A stretch of DNA of 64,000 bases from Oopsacas minuta (GCA_024704765.1 JAKMXF010000310.1:869999-933998), one strand, 5' to 3'; positions 1-12,020 are shown, counted from the stretch's first letter. The notes: a model not told the origin generated them from the letters alone. Numbers and translations: made by a program.

Positions 1-948
1 TAAATGGAGCTCTACAAATAAGAACGAAAATGGAATATTTAGTCAGACTAATTGCAAAGGAGAAACCATTGTATCGTGTCCAAAGGTAGAGACTGCGTAT
101 TCTGAGAAAATTTGTATTCTATTATTATAATGGTCGCATACATAAATATCACCTGTAACTACATCTATAGCTAGACCACGGGGATCATTGAGCTCACTTA
201 TCCCACTCCCTTGACTTCCAATCTGATTAATGAAGTTCCCATCCAAATCGTATACCAACAGACAACCAAATGATTGCTGACCTACAAAAACTCTCTTCTG
301 ACTGATAGCAATGCATGTTGGAAGTCCCATATTTCCAGGCCCGTTTTTATCTCCAAACTTGAACATATACCTTCCTCCATTATCGAATACCTGTACTCTT
401 CCATTGATATGATCTGCTATATACATATTATTACTTGCATAGTCTATAGCTACTCCCCATGAAGAGTTAAATTGTCCGTCGGCACTATTAGCTATCCTCC
501 CTACACTCATAACAGGGGTTATCTTTCCTTTGTATTTTGCTGCTGGTAGATTTGATACACAGATATTACTCACGGTTATCTCCCCGAAATTCCTAACCTT
601 TTCAAACAATGTAGTATCAAAATCGAATAGGATTTGCTTATTATTGTTAAACTGAGAGCTGTTTTCTTCGGTAATATCATTACTGTCTCCGTCATCTAGG
701 AATTCAGTTGGAAATATATTCTCAACTAATTCAGTAGTTTGTTTTATTTCTGTTGTGAATTGTCTCTGGTTTATGGAGGCTCTCCTATAATTACCTCTCA
801 ATTCCTTGAGCTTATTCAGGAGTATATCCTTTCTGTTTCTCAAACATATAATTAGTTTTTCGAAAAGGCTTTCAACTTCAGTTTCTGCCCTCAATACTTC
901 ACTCTTAAAATATGAATATTCAGGGATATTATCATGTAAGGATGCCAT
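1..948 (-). CDS. Coiled-coil + NHL-repeat protein (TRIM-NHL-like, no RING/B-box); 1-bp frameshift near position 55, runs off window edge
   Basis: NHL repeats (WGVAIDYASNNMYIADHINGRVQVF; PRGLAIDVVTGDIYVCDHYNNRIQIF). After VSPL the shifted frame reads AISLTKYSIFVLICRAPF, matching SPVGVKLTKELIYILDQSNP of the paralogue at 30543. Confidence 0.85.
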
Positions 949-1048
949 GAATGAATATGTCTATTATACTACCTTTTTTTTTGAATAATACGTAAATATA
1001 ATTTTGAAATCTTAAATAGTTGTATTGAGATATAAATAGTATAATATT

Positions 1049-1108
1049 AATTATTTAATTGGTATTAGTTAGATAATAAATTATTTAATTGGTATTAGTT
1101 AGATAATA
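1049..1108. repeat. 30-bp tandem duplication (x2)
   Basis: AATTATTTAATTGGTATTAGTTAGATAATA occurs twice head-to-tail. Confidence 0.9.
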
Positions 1109-1500
1109 TATTTATCCAGTACATAGGTAGGTGATAGTCATATTAATGGTAATTAGTTCAGATGAAACGCTTGCAAATTACGAACAATAGTAAGAATTAG
1201 GGGTGAAAGGGTATCCGTTCGATTATAATCGAACGGATATTTTTTGGAAACAAGCGAATATGCGAATATTCGAATATTCGGCATATTCGTTTCAGCTCTA
1301 TTCAAATATGTAAACATCGATCAGCCATATAGAATGCTATGGTTCAGCATAATTGATAAACAGTAAAAGTCTGGTACAACTTATTACGAATATTTTTACC
1401 ATGACATTTCCTTGACAAAAGACAAACAAACTAAGTAACAACAATTGTGATTTAATATGCATTTTGCTGTATTTAGAATTTAGAATAAATTCAGAAGTCA

Positions 1501-1876
1501 ATGGCATCCAAAGCTAATATTTTAGACGCTACAGTAGATGAAATCAAAGTTGAAATTGAAATGATATTTCAGAACATATTGCATCTTTCCTAGAAAGAAA
1601 GAACACATTATTGCTGCAATTAGAAGAGAGGGTTCGACAATCCACAGATGCTTATACTGTTTGGATGAATGAACATTTAGAGTTAGTAAAAATGAGAGAT
1701 CAGTTAGAAGAGAGTTTGAACAAGAATCAGTATAGTGATCTTAGAACTGACATGCTTGGCCCATTACAATCCAGGATTCTTGAAAAAGAAAAGAAATTAC
1801 ATTCTGAATTCAATATGGAGTTTACATATACTGGATTTGAACACTTGATAAATATTATTGAATATTTTGGAGAATT
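1501..1876 (+). pseudogene. N-terminal coiled-coil part of a second NHL-family gene, frameshifted and truncated by the assembly gap
   Basis: ATG at 1501 (MASKANILDATVDEIKVEIEMIFQNI) hits TAG at 1591; the alternate frame reads ASFLERKNTLLLQLEER, similar to CLRNRKDILLNKLKELR of the divergent neighbour. Confidence 0.55.
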
Positions 1877-2494
1877 NNNNNNNNNNNNNNNNNNNNNNNN
1901 NNNNNNNNNNNNNNNNNNNNNNNNNNNNNNNNNNNNNNNNNNNNNNNNNNNNNNNNNNNNNNNNNNNNNNNNNNNNNNNNNNNNNNNNNNNNNNNNNNNN
2001 NNNNNNNNNNNNNNNNNNNNNNNNNNNNNNNNNNNNNNNNNNNNNNNNNNNNNNNNNNNNNNNNNNNNNNNNNNNNNNNNNNNNNNNNNNNNNNNNNNNN
2101 NNNNNNNNNNNNNNNNNNNNNNNNNNNNNNNNNNNNNNNNNNNNNNNNNNNNNNNNNNNNNNNNNNNNNNNNNNNNNNNNNNNNNNNNNNNNNNNNNNNN
2201 NNNNNNNNNNNNNNNNNNNNNNNNNNNNNNNNNNNNNNNNNNNNNNNNNNNNNNNNNNNNNNNNNNNNNNNNNNNNNNNNNNNNNNNNNNNNNNNNNNNN
2301 NNNNNNNNNNNNNNNNNNNNNNNNNNNNNNNNNNNNNNNNNNNNNNNNNNNNNNNNNNNNNNNNNNNNNNNNNNNNNNNNNNNNNNNNNNNNNNNNNNNN
2401 NNNNNNNNNNNNNNNNNNNNNNNNNNNNNNNNNNNNNNNNNNNNNNNNNNNNNNNNNNNNNNNNNNNNNNNNNNNNNNNNNNNNNNNNNNNNNN
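1877..2494. other. Assembly gap (618 N)
   Basis: Run of n characters. Confidence 1.
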
Positions 2495-2538
2495 TAGGAC
2501 GTAAAGACTTATGGGCAAAAATGACATTTGGTGTGGAT

Positions 2539-2557
2539 CTGTCTCTTATACACATCT
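2539..2557 (+). other. Nextera/Tn5 mosaic-end adapter (library artefact)
   Basis: Exact 19-mer CTGTCTCTTATACACATCT, 45 bp from the gap. Confidence 0.95.
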
Positions 2558-2715
2558 TCACAAACCTCAGGACAGACTGACCTTGTTTATATTGAATATT
2601 TTTGTATGCATTTATGTAAATATGAACTTGGAATTTTACAGTTATTTACTGCTATCATTATTACGTAACTGTGTTTTACTACTATAGGTGCATGCAGTAA
2701 TGGCGAATTAGACTA

Positions 2716-2882
2716 CAGTGGAGTCTCCCAAAACGGACAACCTCATGCAACGGACAAACCTCGTGGCATGGATTGAATTTGCTAAGTATGTAATGATACT
2801 TAAGCAGTCTCCGAGGAGCGGACAATTTTCTACAACGGACAGAAGCCGTGTCCACAACGTGTCCGTTATACGGAGACTACTG
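2716..2882. mobile_element. Tc1/mariner/pogo-type MITE
   Basis: TA|CAGTGGAGTCTCC...GGAGACTACTG|TA with internal ACGGACA repeats. Confidence 0.75.
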
Positions 2883-3789
2883 TATACATTTATACTCAGT
2901 TGAGTCACTTAATTCGTCTTCTTCCCAATTAAGTAATCTTTATTCCTGTGTAACCTATTTTTACCGACTATACTTTAGTATAGTCGGTACAGTATTGAAA
3001 TGGTTGCTTATATTTTTCTTTTTTTTGGTTATTAACGTTTAAGTGAGTGTGCGAATACGCTGCTGAATCTGCTGCAATGATAATCAAACTTTAAAATTGT
3101 CATAGAAACTTGATTTCTACTCAGCTATCTTTGGGTTATCGAGTACACCGATTCTGAGTATCGCACTTTCAAGTTTCTCTTATGTTAATAATTGTTGTTC
3201 TTAAGAATTTGTTGCTCTTATGAAGAAAATTTCTAGTCACGAAGTGGCAGAGTTCTACGGTCTACACAAGGATCAAGACTTCGCAAGCCATACAGTGGGA
3301 GATAGAGAGTAGCACGCTCGTATAGATTATACATGATGCAATATGTATATTTGGACTGCTTATTGTCTCAATTTCGCCTTTTCTGTTATCGCTTCACCTC
3401 TCTATATACAGCATGTCTCAAAAGTTTTTTCCTCCTCAGTACTTCGATTGAAGTCGTTATAAATCGAAGAGTATTGTTTACTAACCGACCATTTTTCAGA
3501 TTATTATTAGTCTATAGTAGTCCAATACTACAATGAATACTTCATTTCTTATTTGATAATCTGTTTATATTTTCGATATTTTTTCTCAACCCTCACAAAT
3601 GTCATACATGGATGTCATGAAACCAAGATTTGCTGTTCGTGAGCGAGCGATTGGCATGATTGAAGCGGGTTCAAAACAGAAAACAGTCGCCAATACTCTT
3701 GGAGTCACAATTCGGACAGTTCGGAACTGGTGTAAAAGGCATAGAGCAGGATATTTGCTTGATGACAAGCCCCGGTGTCAGAGGGGCAG

Positions 3790-3925
3790 TGGTCCCCCGG
3801 GTGAGCTGTCCCCCCGGACTTGTGGCACTAGGGTGATATGTCCTCCGGACCTCTGGCACTAGGGTCAGTAGTCCTCCTTTTGGGTCAGAAGTCCCCTTCC
3901 GGCACTAGGGTTAGTAGTCCTCGGG
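3790..3925 (+). repeat. Left subterminal array of ~31-bp unit GTCC(C)CCGGAC-N3-TGGCACTAGGG
   Basis: GGCACTAGGG x3; the first two are 31 bp apart. Confidence 0.85.
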
Positions 3926-4354
3926 TTGTATGTAGAAAATACCAAATTAGTAAATACAAGTGATACTTTATTGGGAGTACTTATATAAAGCTGAGCAAAT
4001 TAGTAAATACAAGTGATACTTTATAGAGAGCACAGTTTTTTGTCTAATAGAAAATCAGAAGCACAGTTTTTTGTCAAAACCGGAAGGTGTTAGTCAAAGT
4101 CGGGAGGTGTTAGTTCAAAACCAATAAAAATTCAATAGAGAAAAAACTGTGCTCTAGTAGAGCTGAGCTATATATAAGTAACCTCTACTTTATTATACTT
4201 GTAGATGTTACAAATACCACAGAGTGATTTACGTGACAAATTTATATTGGAACTTACGATAACATTCAAAAACTCATTGGTTGTAGTATATATTAGTATA
4301 CATTTGAAGTTATACTGTAATTTCTCAATTTTCTTGCATTTGATTATCTACAAT

Positions 4355-6940
4355 ATGTTTGAAGTTCTGTATGATCAGATATACGAATATTCAGCTTTTA
4401 AACGCTATCCTTTAAATTCTTCCAAAAACGAACGCCGAATTATTCGTCGGAAAAGTTATGAACATTTCTTCACAGCTGATGGCCTGTTGCACTACTCTGC
4501 AGTTAGCACTACGAAAGCACTAAAATCAGCCAACCCATTAGATAGAACATGGAGAACCGTTGTACGTTCATGCGATGAGGGAGAAAGGGTTTTAGAATCT
4601 TGCCATTCCAGTGACTTTGGTGAGTATATTAGTAATTCATTTACAACAATGTAATAGAACTATAATTTCTTCCATAGAAGTAATTTCTTTTACAGTTGAA
4701 AATTATCTAGGTGGACATTTTGGGCGAGACAAAACGTACGAAAAAGTTGCAGCCCGTTTTTACTGGCCTAATATGTACAATGATGTACGTAAATATGTTG
4801 CAGCTTGCGACATTTGTCAGAGAGTGAATGAATCTGGAAATTTTATAAAGGCTAAAGCTCCCTTACATCCGATAAAAGTTGATCCAGAGGTATGGAAAAT
4901 GGTACGTTCTTCTGTCGATTTTCATTCGCACCGTTCTAATTTTACATCGATGTCTTTTTAACTTTTATAGGTGGGAGTTGATTTGATTGGACCACTTACA
5001 ATGACACCAAGAGGTAATAAATACATTATTACCCTGGTTGATTACTTCTCAAAGTGGCCAGAAGCAGATGCATTACCAGATAAGAGTGCTAAAGGTGTTG
5101 CTCTCTTTCTTTATAAGACTATGTGCCGGTTTGGATGCACTCAGGTAGTTATCAGCGATCAGGGTAGAGAATTCGTTAACAAAGTGAATCAAGAGCTATT
5201 TGATCTAACTAAAACAACTCATAGAATTTCTACCGCCTACCACCCTCAAACAAATGGTTTAGTTGAGCGATTTAACCAGACCATTCAACGCGCTCTCCTA
5301 AAGCTTGTAATAAAAGAACAAGATAATTGGGATATGTACATTGATGGAGTTCTATTTGCATATAGAACATCTGTACAAAAGACAACAAAAAAATCGCCTT
5401 TCGAAATAATGTACCTTCGGTGAGATATTTGTAACTGTTCTATGCTAGAATTTTTAACTCGATTACATTCTACAGTGAAGCTATCCTGCCGATTGAGATG
5501 GATTTTATGCCTGAATATCTAAATATCCCTGCGGACCCTAACATAGATGCATTTATTTGCCAGATGAATAACATAAAGAAGTCGCTTTATGGAAAGGTTG
5601 ATAAGAATATCCAGGAGGGACAGGAAAAACGGAAGAATGAGTATGATAAAAAACAAAAGCAATCTAAAGTAAGTCTTCTTAAGAATTATTTAGTATTTAC
5701 ATACCAGTTTATATGTTTTGCTCTAGAATTTTAAACCAGGTACACTAGTTCTCCTTCGAAATAGTGCTAAGGATGGAAGAAAGGGTGATAAATTTCGAAT
5801 GCGGTATCTTGGACCATATGAAATTATTCAAGATATTGGGAAGGGAGTTTACAAGCTTCGCAATTGTGTAACCGGAATTCTCCTCAAAAAAACTCAGAAT
5901 ATCTCCCGTCTAAAGTTGTACTGCAAGAAGAAATTTCAAATCAGATCGAATCATGTATCAGGCTACAGATATTCAAAACAAAGAGCGATGCAAACTGGAA
6001 TTGTAGAGTCTGAAAACGAACTGTGTGAGAAGGAACCGAAAGAAGTACTTGTCATTTCTGTTGACAGAAAAGACAACGTAAGTAATCATTCTATATAAAT
6101 TTAGGACAATCAACGCAAACAATTCAACCTCAATAATCATGGTTGATACAAAATGGTTTGTGTAGCTTCTCTTTAGTTTAAAATTTTCATTCTGAACTCT
6201 AAATCGAGAAATTATCCGTTAGAATATACACAATTTCATAAAATCACCTGATAGTCCCCCTTACACGAATAAATTCTACCTTCTTTAATAGGAGTCAATA
6301 AACGGTACAATATCTTCAAGTCCTCCATCACCATCTCCATTCTGGGTGCACAATCTGTATCTCAGCCCAACTGATGAGCTAGAAATACTAAATGGACTTT
6401 GGCTGACAGATAAACACATTGTTGCGGCTCAAAAATTGTTGAAAAACCAGCACCCACTTACAAATGGGCTTGAAGATCCCCTCATGCTTGCAGAAAAGCT
6501 TTCATATAAATCAACTTCAATCTCATTTGTCCAGATTGTCAACTTAGGTAGGACACACTGGGTCTGTGTCTCAAGCTTTTAATTGTCTACCTGGAATTGT
6601 GGATGTTTATGATAGCATTCCAGCATGTTCTCTGGGTTCGTTATCTTTGAGAAAACAAGTGGCCTCAATAATTAAAACAACTGAACGCAGTTTTGAACTA
6701 CATTTTGTTGAAACTCAAAGACAATCAGGGAGAACAGATTGTGGACTATTTTCTATAGCCTTTGCTACAGCACTATGCCAAGGCATTGACCCTCATACGT
6801 GCTCCTTTGATCAAACTCAGATGAGGATACATCTGCACAGCTGTCTAGAACAATTGAACATGACTCTGTTCCCTTCTTCAAAAAAGCCACGTCGAAAGTG
6901 CACGAAGAGATGGCAGAGAAAGATCGTAGTAGCAAACTGA
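4355..6940 (+). CDS. Spliced Ginger1 integrase (YPYY-like N-term, HHCC, DD35E, GPY) fused to Ulp1/C48 protease; +1 frameshift at ~6580
   Basis: GT-AG introns at 4620-4710, 4902-4970, 5420-5475, 5669-5726 and 6078-6291 join in frame: CHSSDFG|GHFGRDKT...CDIC, VWKM|VGVDLIGP, SDQGREF...LVERFN, MYLR|EAILP, QSK|NFKPG...LGPYEI, KDN|ESING...HW...YDS...QxxxxDCG. Confidence 0.85.
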
Positions 6941-7023
6941 GTAGAAATATTTGAATTTGAAATAGGTTTCACTAGTACAATACAAAGGTATTTAGAAAGT
7001 AGATAATATCTTTGGATAAATCC

Positions 7024-7200
7024 GCACTAGTGCCAGAGGTCCGCTGGGGGACATCTGACCCAAAGTGGGGACTACTTACCCTAGTGTCAGAGGTCCGGGG
7101 GGACACTCCACACTAGTGCCATTCGTCGGCGGGACTCCTTGCCCTAGTGTCACTAGTCCGGGGGACATTTGGCCCTAGTGCCACTAGTCCGGGGGGACAG
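7024..7200 (-). repeat. Right subterminal array (inverted), 5 units
   Basis: CTAGTG at 7027, 7081, 7113, 7144, 7175 (31-32 bp period for the last four). Confidence 0.85.
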
Positions 7201-8391
7201 AATTTAGGGAGGACACATGACACTATCACACCGGTCTGGACCTCCGACGAAGCTTTCCCGGATTCCGAAAATTATAATTCGAAAATCAATCGGGAAACTC
7301 TACAATTCAACCCGAAATCTTGCGAAATATATCTCGTCTAAGTCGGTGACCGTTAGTAAAGACACAATTCACCGTTATTTACGGGACACAATCGGAGCAA
7401 AAGCCTATAAAAGACCCTCATACCCGAAATTGACTGAAAAACAAAAGGTAAAGAGGCTAGAATTCTGCCAGGAACGCAAAACATGGACTGGTCGTGATTG
7501 GGAAAGAGTTCTTTTTAGTGATGAAAGCCCTTTTGAGCTTTTCCATCTGACTAATAGGCAGAATGATCGTGTTTGGGACATTAATCCGCACAACATTACC
7601 CCAGTTGAATCAGTCAAAAACCCCCCGAAAATGATGGTCTGGGGAATGATGAGCCGGTCAGGGCTATCAGAACTACACTTCATCCCCCCAAAACGCTCAG
7701 TGAATACTGACTACTATATTGATGAAATCCTGGAGAAGTGTTGTCTCCCTACCTTTAAGCGTAGAAAGACTAGAGCCCCACTTACCAAAAGGAAAATGTG
7801 TCGAAAGATGTCCGAGACAATTTTCATGCAGGATGGCGCCCCTGCCCATACAGCCATAAGGACCCAGAAATGGCTTTCAGAGCATTTACATGGCTTTTTG
7901 GAGAAAGGTATTTGGCCTAGTAACTCCCCAGATTTAAATCCCATCGAAAATCTTTGGTCTATTATGCAAGCAGAGCTAGACAAGAGCAAGCTCGCTACAA
8001 ATTTAACCCAGCTCGGAAAATATTTGGAAAATATATGGAATGGGATTAGCCCGTCGATACTTGAGAATTTAGTTGATGGGATGCCAAGTCGAATTAATTC
8101 ATGTATAAAACTTAATGGTGAATATATAGGCAAATAATTAGATGAATCTAAGAAATTCTATATTATAGTGGTATTCATAAGAGGAAAGACTTTTGAGACA
8201 CCCTGTAGTATTATTGTAATCGCCATTAAAGATATTGAAGCAAATATACATTCCCTGTATCCTAGCTCTGAGATTTCTAGTTACACACTAGACTTCAGCT
8301 ATGGTACGGACACGTATCTACCAATAAATAATATATCTGAGGATAATAGGTTATTATAAAACTATAGTAAATGTTCGTTGTTCTGTCAATC

Positions 8392-9867
8392 CTAAACTCT
8401 CTTCTCGAATGATAGATTCAACCCTTCAGGTTTGATTAAAACTTCGAATTTAGGATCAGGTTCTTTCACTAGATGCAACTTATAGGAGCTACAGAGGTGC
8501 GCTGTAATCAGCTGCATCTGTGCTTCAGCTATCCTCCTACCAACACACATTCGCGGACCTGCACCAAAAGGTATAAAAGAGAATGGATCTATTTCTTTCC
8601 TACTCTCCCATCTCTCTGGTATAAACTCAAGAGGATCTCTCCAGTAATTTTCATTCAATCCTATTCCATAGATATCAGCGAATACTTGCGTATCCTTTGG
8701 AATACAAACTCCTCCAATCGTAGATTCCTCTGGCAATATTCTAGTAAATGTACCTACAGTAGGGGTAACCCTCATTGACTCCTTTAAGCACATCTTCATA
8801 TAGTGTAACTTGTTGAAATGTTCAGCTGTTACAACAGAGCTATCTCCTATTACTGAGTGCACTTCTTCACATAGCTTTTCTTGCACCTTGAGGTTCTTAG
8901 CCAGATTGTACCATAACCATTGAGTAGATGTGGTTGTTGTATCCACTCCTGCCCCTAATAGGCTAATAAATGTATTAATAATTTCCTTCTCATCAAAGTC
9001 AGTCTCAGTTTGTAAATATTCAAGCATTGTGATTTGCTCTCTATCAGGATCCTTGGGCAGGGTGGCTGATACCTGGATCTGTTTATTGTTGTAATTTATT
9101 ACTGTTTGTAGAGATTCAATCAATTTTCGAATTTTCTTTCTTTGAAAGTATGACAACCATTCTATATCTTTTGTACTTCCGAAACCTCGTACTATTGACA
9201 TCATGGCTTGGAAGTACTCTGAAGTTTCTTCTGTCAATTCTGTGCTGCTAAATATATGAAATGCCATATAATTAGCCGAGTTGACCGTCCATAAACGCAA
9301 TCTCTCTACAATTGGATCCAAATTCATCTGTCCTCTTCCTTGTATATCTATTATGTCTGTGACTGCACACTTTGCTATTTCACTCAATTTTGGAAAGTAA
9401 CCCGAAATGAATTTTGGACGTAGTAATCGTTTTGATAAGGGATCTCGAAGTCGTTTCCATTCTGCACCATACGAAAATACTAAACCTTTCTTTAAACCAA
9501 GCATTTCCATGGCTCTTCTAATATTAAATCCAGAATTTCCCCTATCAGGGTTTTTACCTTCTTTCGCGGACAATTCTGCAAGCAAAGAAGGTGTACTGAT
9601 AACGAGTTGTTTAGGACTGAAAAAGAAAGGTTGGAAAGCGTATATTTCTCCTAGTTCTTTACTTCTTTTATAGAAAAACTCGTGCAATTTAGACATCGGG
9701 TGTCTTGTTAGTTCTAGATCTACTAGTCCGAGAAATCTCTTTGCAGTTGGAAGGTCATCAAGGTGTGTCGCAGCCACAACATCTCTTTTGAGGATATTCT
9801 CTGTGCTTATGGTACGCGATGGGATTACGAGAGGAGATCTTCGAAATAGAGTTAGGAGGCGAAACAT
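8392..9867 (-). CDS. Cytochrome P450, probably mitochondrial clan; intronless
   Basis: AGVDTT I-helix, ESMR (ExxR), PERW and FGAGPRMCVG heme motifs; Arg/Ser-rich MFRLLTLFRRS...SRTIS presequence; first ATG at 9867. Confidence 0.92.
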   Translation of the reverse strand: MFRLLTLFRRSPLVIPSRTISTENILKRDVVAATHLDDLPTAKRFLGLVDLELTRHPMSKLHEFFYKRSKELGEIYAFQPFFFSPKQLVISTPSLLAELSAKEGKNPDRGNSGFNIRRAMEMLGLKKGLVFSYGAEWKRLRDPLSKRLLRPKFISGYFPKLSEIAKCAVTDIIDIQGRGQMNLDPIVERLRLWTVNSANYMAFHIFSSTELTEETSEYFQAMMSIVRGFGSTKDIEWLSYFQRKKIRKLIESLQTVINYNNKQIQVSATLPKDPDREQITMLEYLQTETDFDEKEIINTFISLLGAGVDTTTTSTQWLWYNLAKNLKVQEKLCEEVHSVIGDSSVVTAEHFNKLHYMKMCLKESMRVTPTVGTFTRILPEESTIGGVCIPKDTQVFADIYGIGLNENYWRDPLEFIPERWESRKEIDPFSFIPFGAGPRMCVGRRIAEAQMQLITAHLCSSYKLHLVKEPDPKFEVLIKPEGLNLSFEKRV

Positions 9868-12020
9868 TGCAAATAGAATGGCGGATAAATATATTGTTGC
9901 CAAATAACTGATATATAGCTCAACTATACTATAGTACAGTTTTGTGTATTAACTTTTCTATGTTCGAGGGAAGGTCCTTTGTTAGGCCTATGAAAGTAAT
10001 CTATTTGGGATGAGGGTATGGGGTTTTGTATTACAAAAAACTGTACTATACTATAGTTGAGCTATATATAAAGAATCTGATTTGTTTCTATGTTTTGCAT
10101 GTGATTACATTATGGAACTGTTTACTCCTTCCAATATGTGGATTAGTGACTTTCCTTTTGAAGGTTATATTTTCACTGACACGTGCTTCTAGATTATATC
10201 TGGGTGGCCAAAAGTTTGGAGACAAACATAAAATTATTTATTATTATGTATTTCTGCTATTATTTACTTACTATTTAACCATGATGATAATAACTTAACA
10301 TAAAATTATTTGATAATTCTATTTATTTTATAGAATATACAAGCATTTGTCTCGTCGCTTCGCGATGAACTCAGCGAATTGCGCCTCGAGGCATTCATTA
10401 TACTCCAAATTGATGGTCCCTTTGAGTATATTATATTATAGATGTATATAGAACAATGTAATTCACGAATATACGTATATGGTATATATATTATTGAATC
10501 ATTTTGTAAGATCAACCTCCTTTGTAGCCGTTGAGAGCAAGTATCTAGGTAAACTTTGAGATTTTGCTAATTTGTTTACTTTATATTCATAAAAACAACA
10601 ATAAATTTACATATGATAAATGCAAAAGTATGAAAATCGGATTCAGCATGTTCGATATATTTAGTGAAGTTTATTCGAATTTTATTTACTTCCTTGATAA
10701 ACACAATAAATACATAGTTATGCAACAATTTCAAAATTGCATACCATAAATCCTTTCCTTGACAACGGACGAACAACAATTGAGATTTAATAATTATAGG
10801 TTTTCTAGTAAATTTCAAATTAGGAAATTTCGCAAATTGTCATGGGGCAAATTATTGGACTGTTCAAAGCTGGGAAATCATGCAGAGAGATCGTTTCAAT
10901 ATTTGGAAACGAAAATAAAAGCTGACTGGCTCAGCACAGGTGCTTTCTTGGTCAGGTAGGCCGTCCGGGTTAACTCCTCGAGTTCTAAACATATAGGGCT
11001 AATCCAGTTCGCTGAATCCCAATTTCGCATTCTTAAATTTCTCTTATGTAAATTTTTTGTTGTTTTTATTAATATAGAGTAAACAAATATTTGAAATATT
11101 TATTTATTGATTCATTTCTTTCAATTTTATACCTTCCTAAATTCGAAGCACTATTTGTCGAGTCCCATGTGAACACAAAGTGTTAGCAAACCCCGCAGTG
11201 CGACCAAGCGCAGCTGTTCGTATGTATTATAACCCTGGAATCATAGGAATTTTGGAGAAAATTCTGTACAATAGTCAGCCTAAACATACCTAATACACAT
11301 ATTCCACGCTAGTATTGTCATATCGGTATTTTCACAGCGGAATAAATAGGTTGGACAATCCTGTGTTATTTTATTAATCCCTGAATCATTATAATAGGGA
11401 AATTATGAATCTTTAGCACCGATTGATATTTCTACTTGCAAGATGGAACTCTAATAGTTCATTGAATATATTTAGTATAATGTTGTTACCACAAGTTTGG
11501 CTAGCACTAAATAACTCCGTAGATACGAGAGCTTATCTCGTAGGGATTAGATCAAATTTAACACAGAATAGTGAGATAATTCACCCACATAACTATATCA
11601 TTATTAATTACAGTGTATGTAGTCCAGACTATAAGAATACTGGGAAATTATATTCCTATATGATGTATACTTATATATGGTGTATTCCTATCTGGCGTAT
11701 CTGTCACGCCAAAATTTGTCCCCCCCCGGATCATTTTTGGTTGCCAACTATTGACCTTGTTGAAGGACATTTTTGGCACCCTTGATTGCTGACTGGTGTA
11801 TCTTGGAGCGTTACTGTAAGAGCAGATGGCATTTTTATCGATTTAGATTTTTTGATGAATTCACTCCACATTCTAGAAGAAATCTAGGCCGGACCAATAT
11901 TGTCCTGGCCTATCCACTGTATAATTATTATACATAAATACCGAATATGCTACCTGAAATCACATATAAGAGGAAGTACATGCATACATAGAATACTGTA
12001 ATATAGGAAGTTTGGAAGAA

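Larger units (their letters stand above)
3776..7230 (+). mobile_element. Ginger1/GIN-type DNA transposon, copy A (3455 bp)
   Basis: TGTCA...TCACA termini; perfect 4-bp TSD CCGG (3772-3775 and 7231-7234); inverted GC-rich subterminal repeat arrays; Gypsy-like integrase without RT or gag. Confidence 0.92.
3599..8205 (+). mobile_element. Tc1-like DD37E transposase (359 aa when rejoined), interrupted by the Ginger element
   Basis: 5' part 3599-3775 (HTH, ...LDDKPR) joins in frame to 7235-8137 (SGPPTKLS...). Catalytic motifs FSDES, QDGAPAH and SPDLNPIE, with 37 aa between D2 and E. Putative right end ...GAGACACCCTG|TA at 8205; left TIR not found. Confidence 0.9.

Noticed and set aside
1611-2580. 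Several 240-297-aa ORFs in the track
   Set aside because: They are artefacts of translating the N gap.
3790-3925. CRISPR-like appearance of the ~31-bp repeats (also 7024-7200, 45800-45980, 49030-49170)
   Set aside because: No unique spacers, no cas genes, eukaryotic context; they are transposon subterminal repeats.
4205-6098. LTR retrotransposon (Gypsy) call for the integrase
   Set aside because: No gag, protease, RT, RNase H or LTRs; it has introns, inverted ends and a 4-bp TSD, as for a Ginger DNA transposon.
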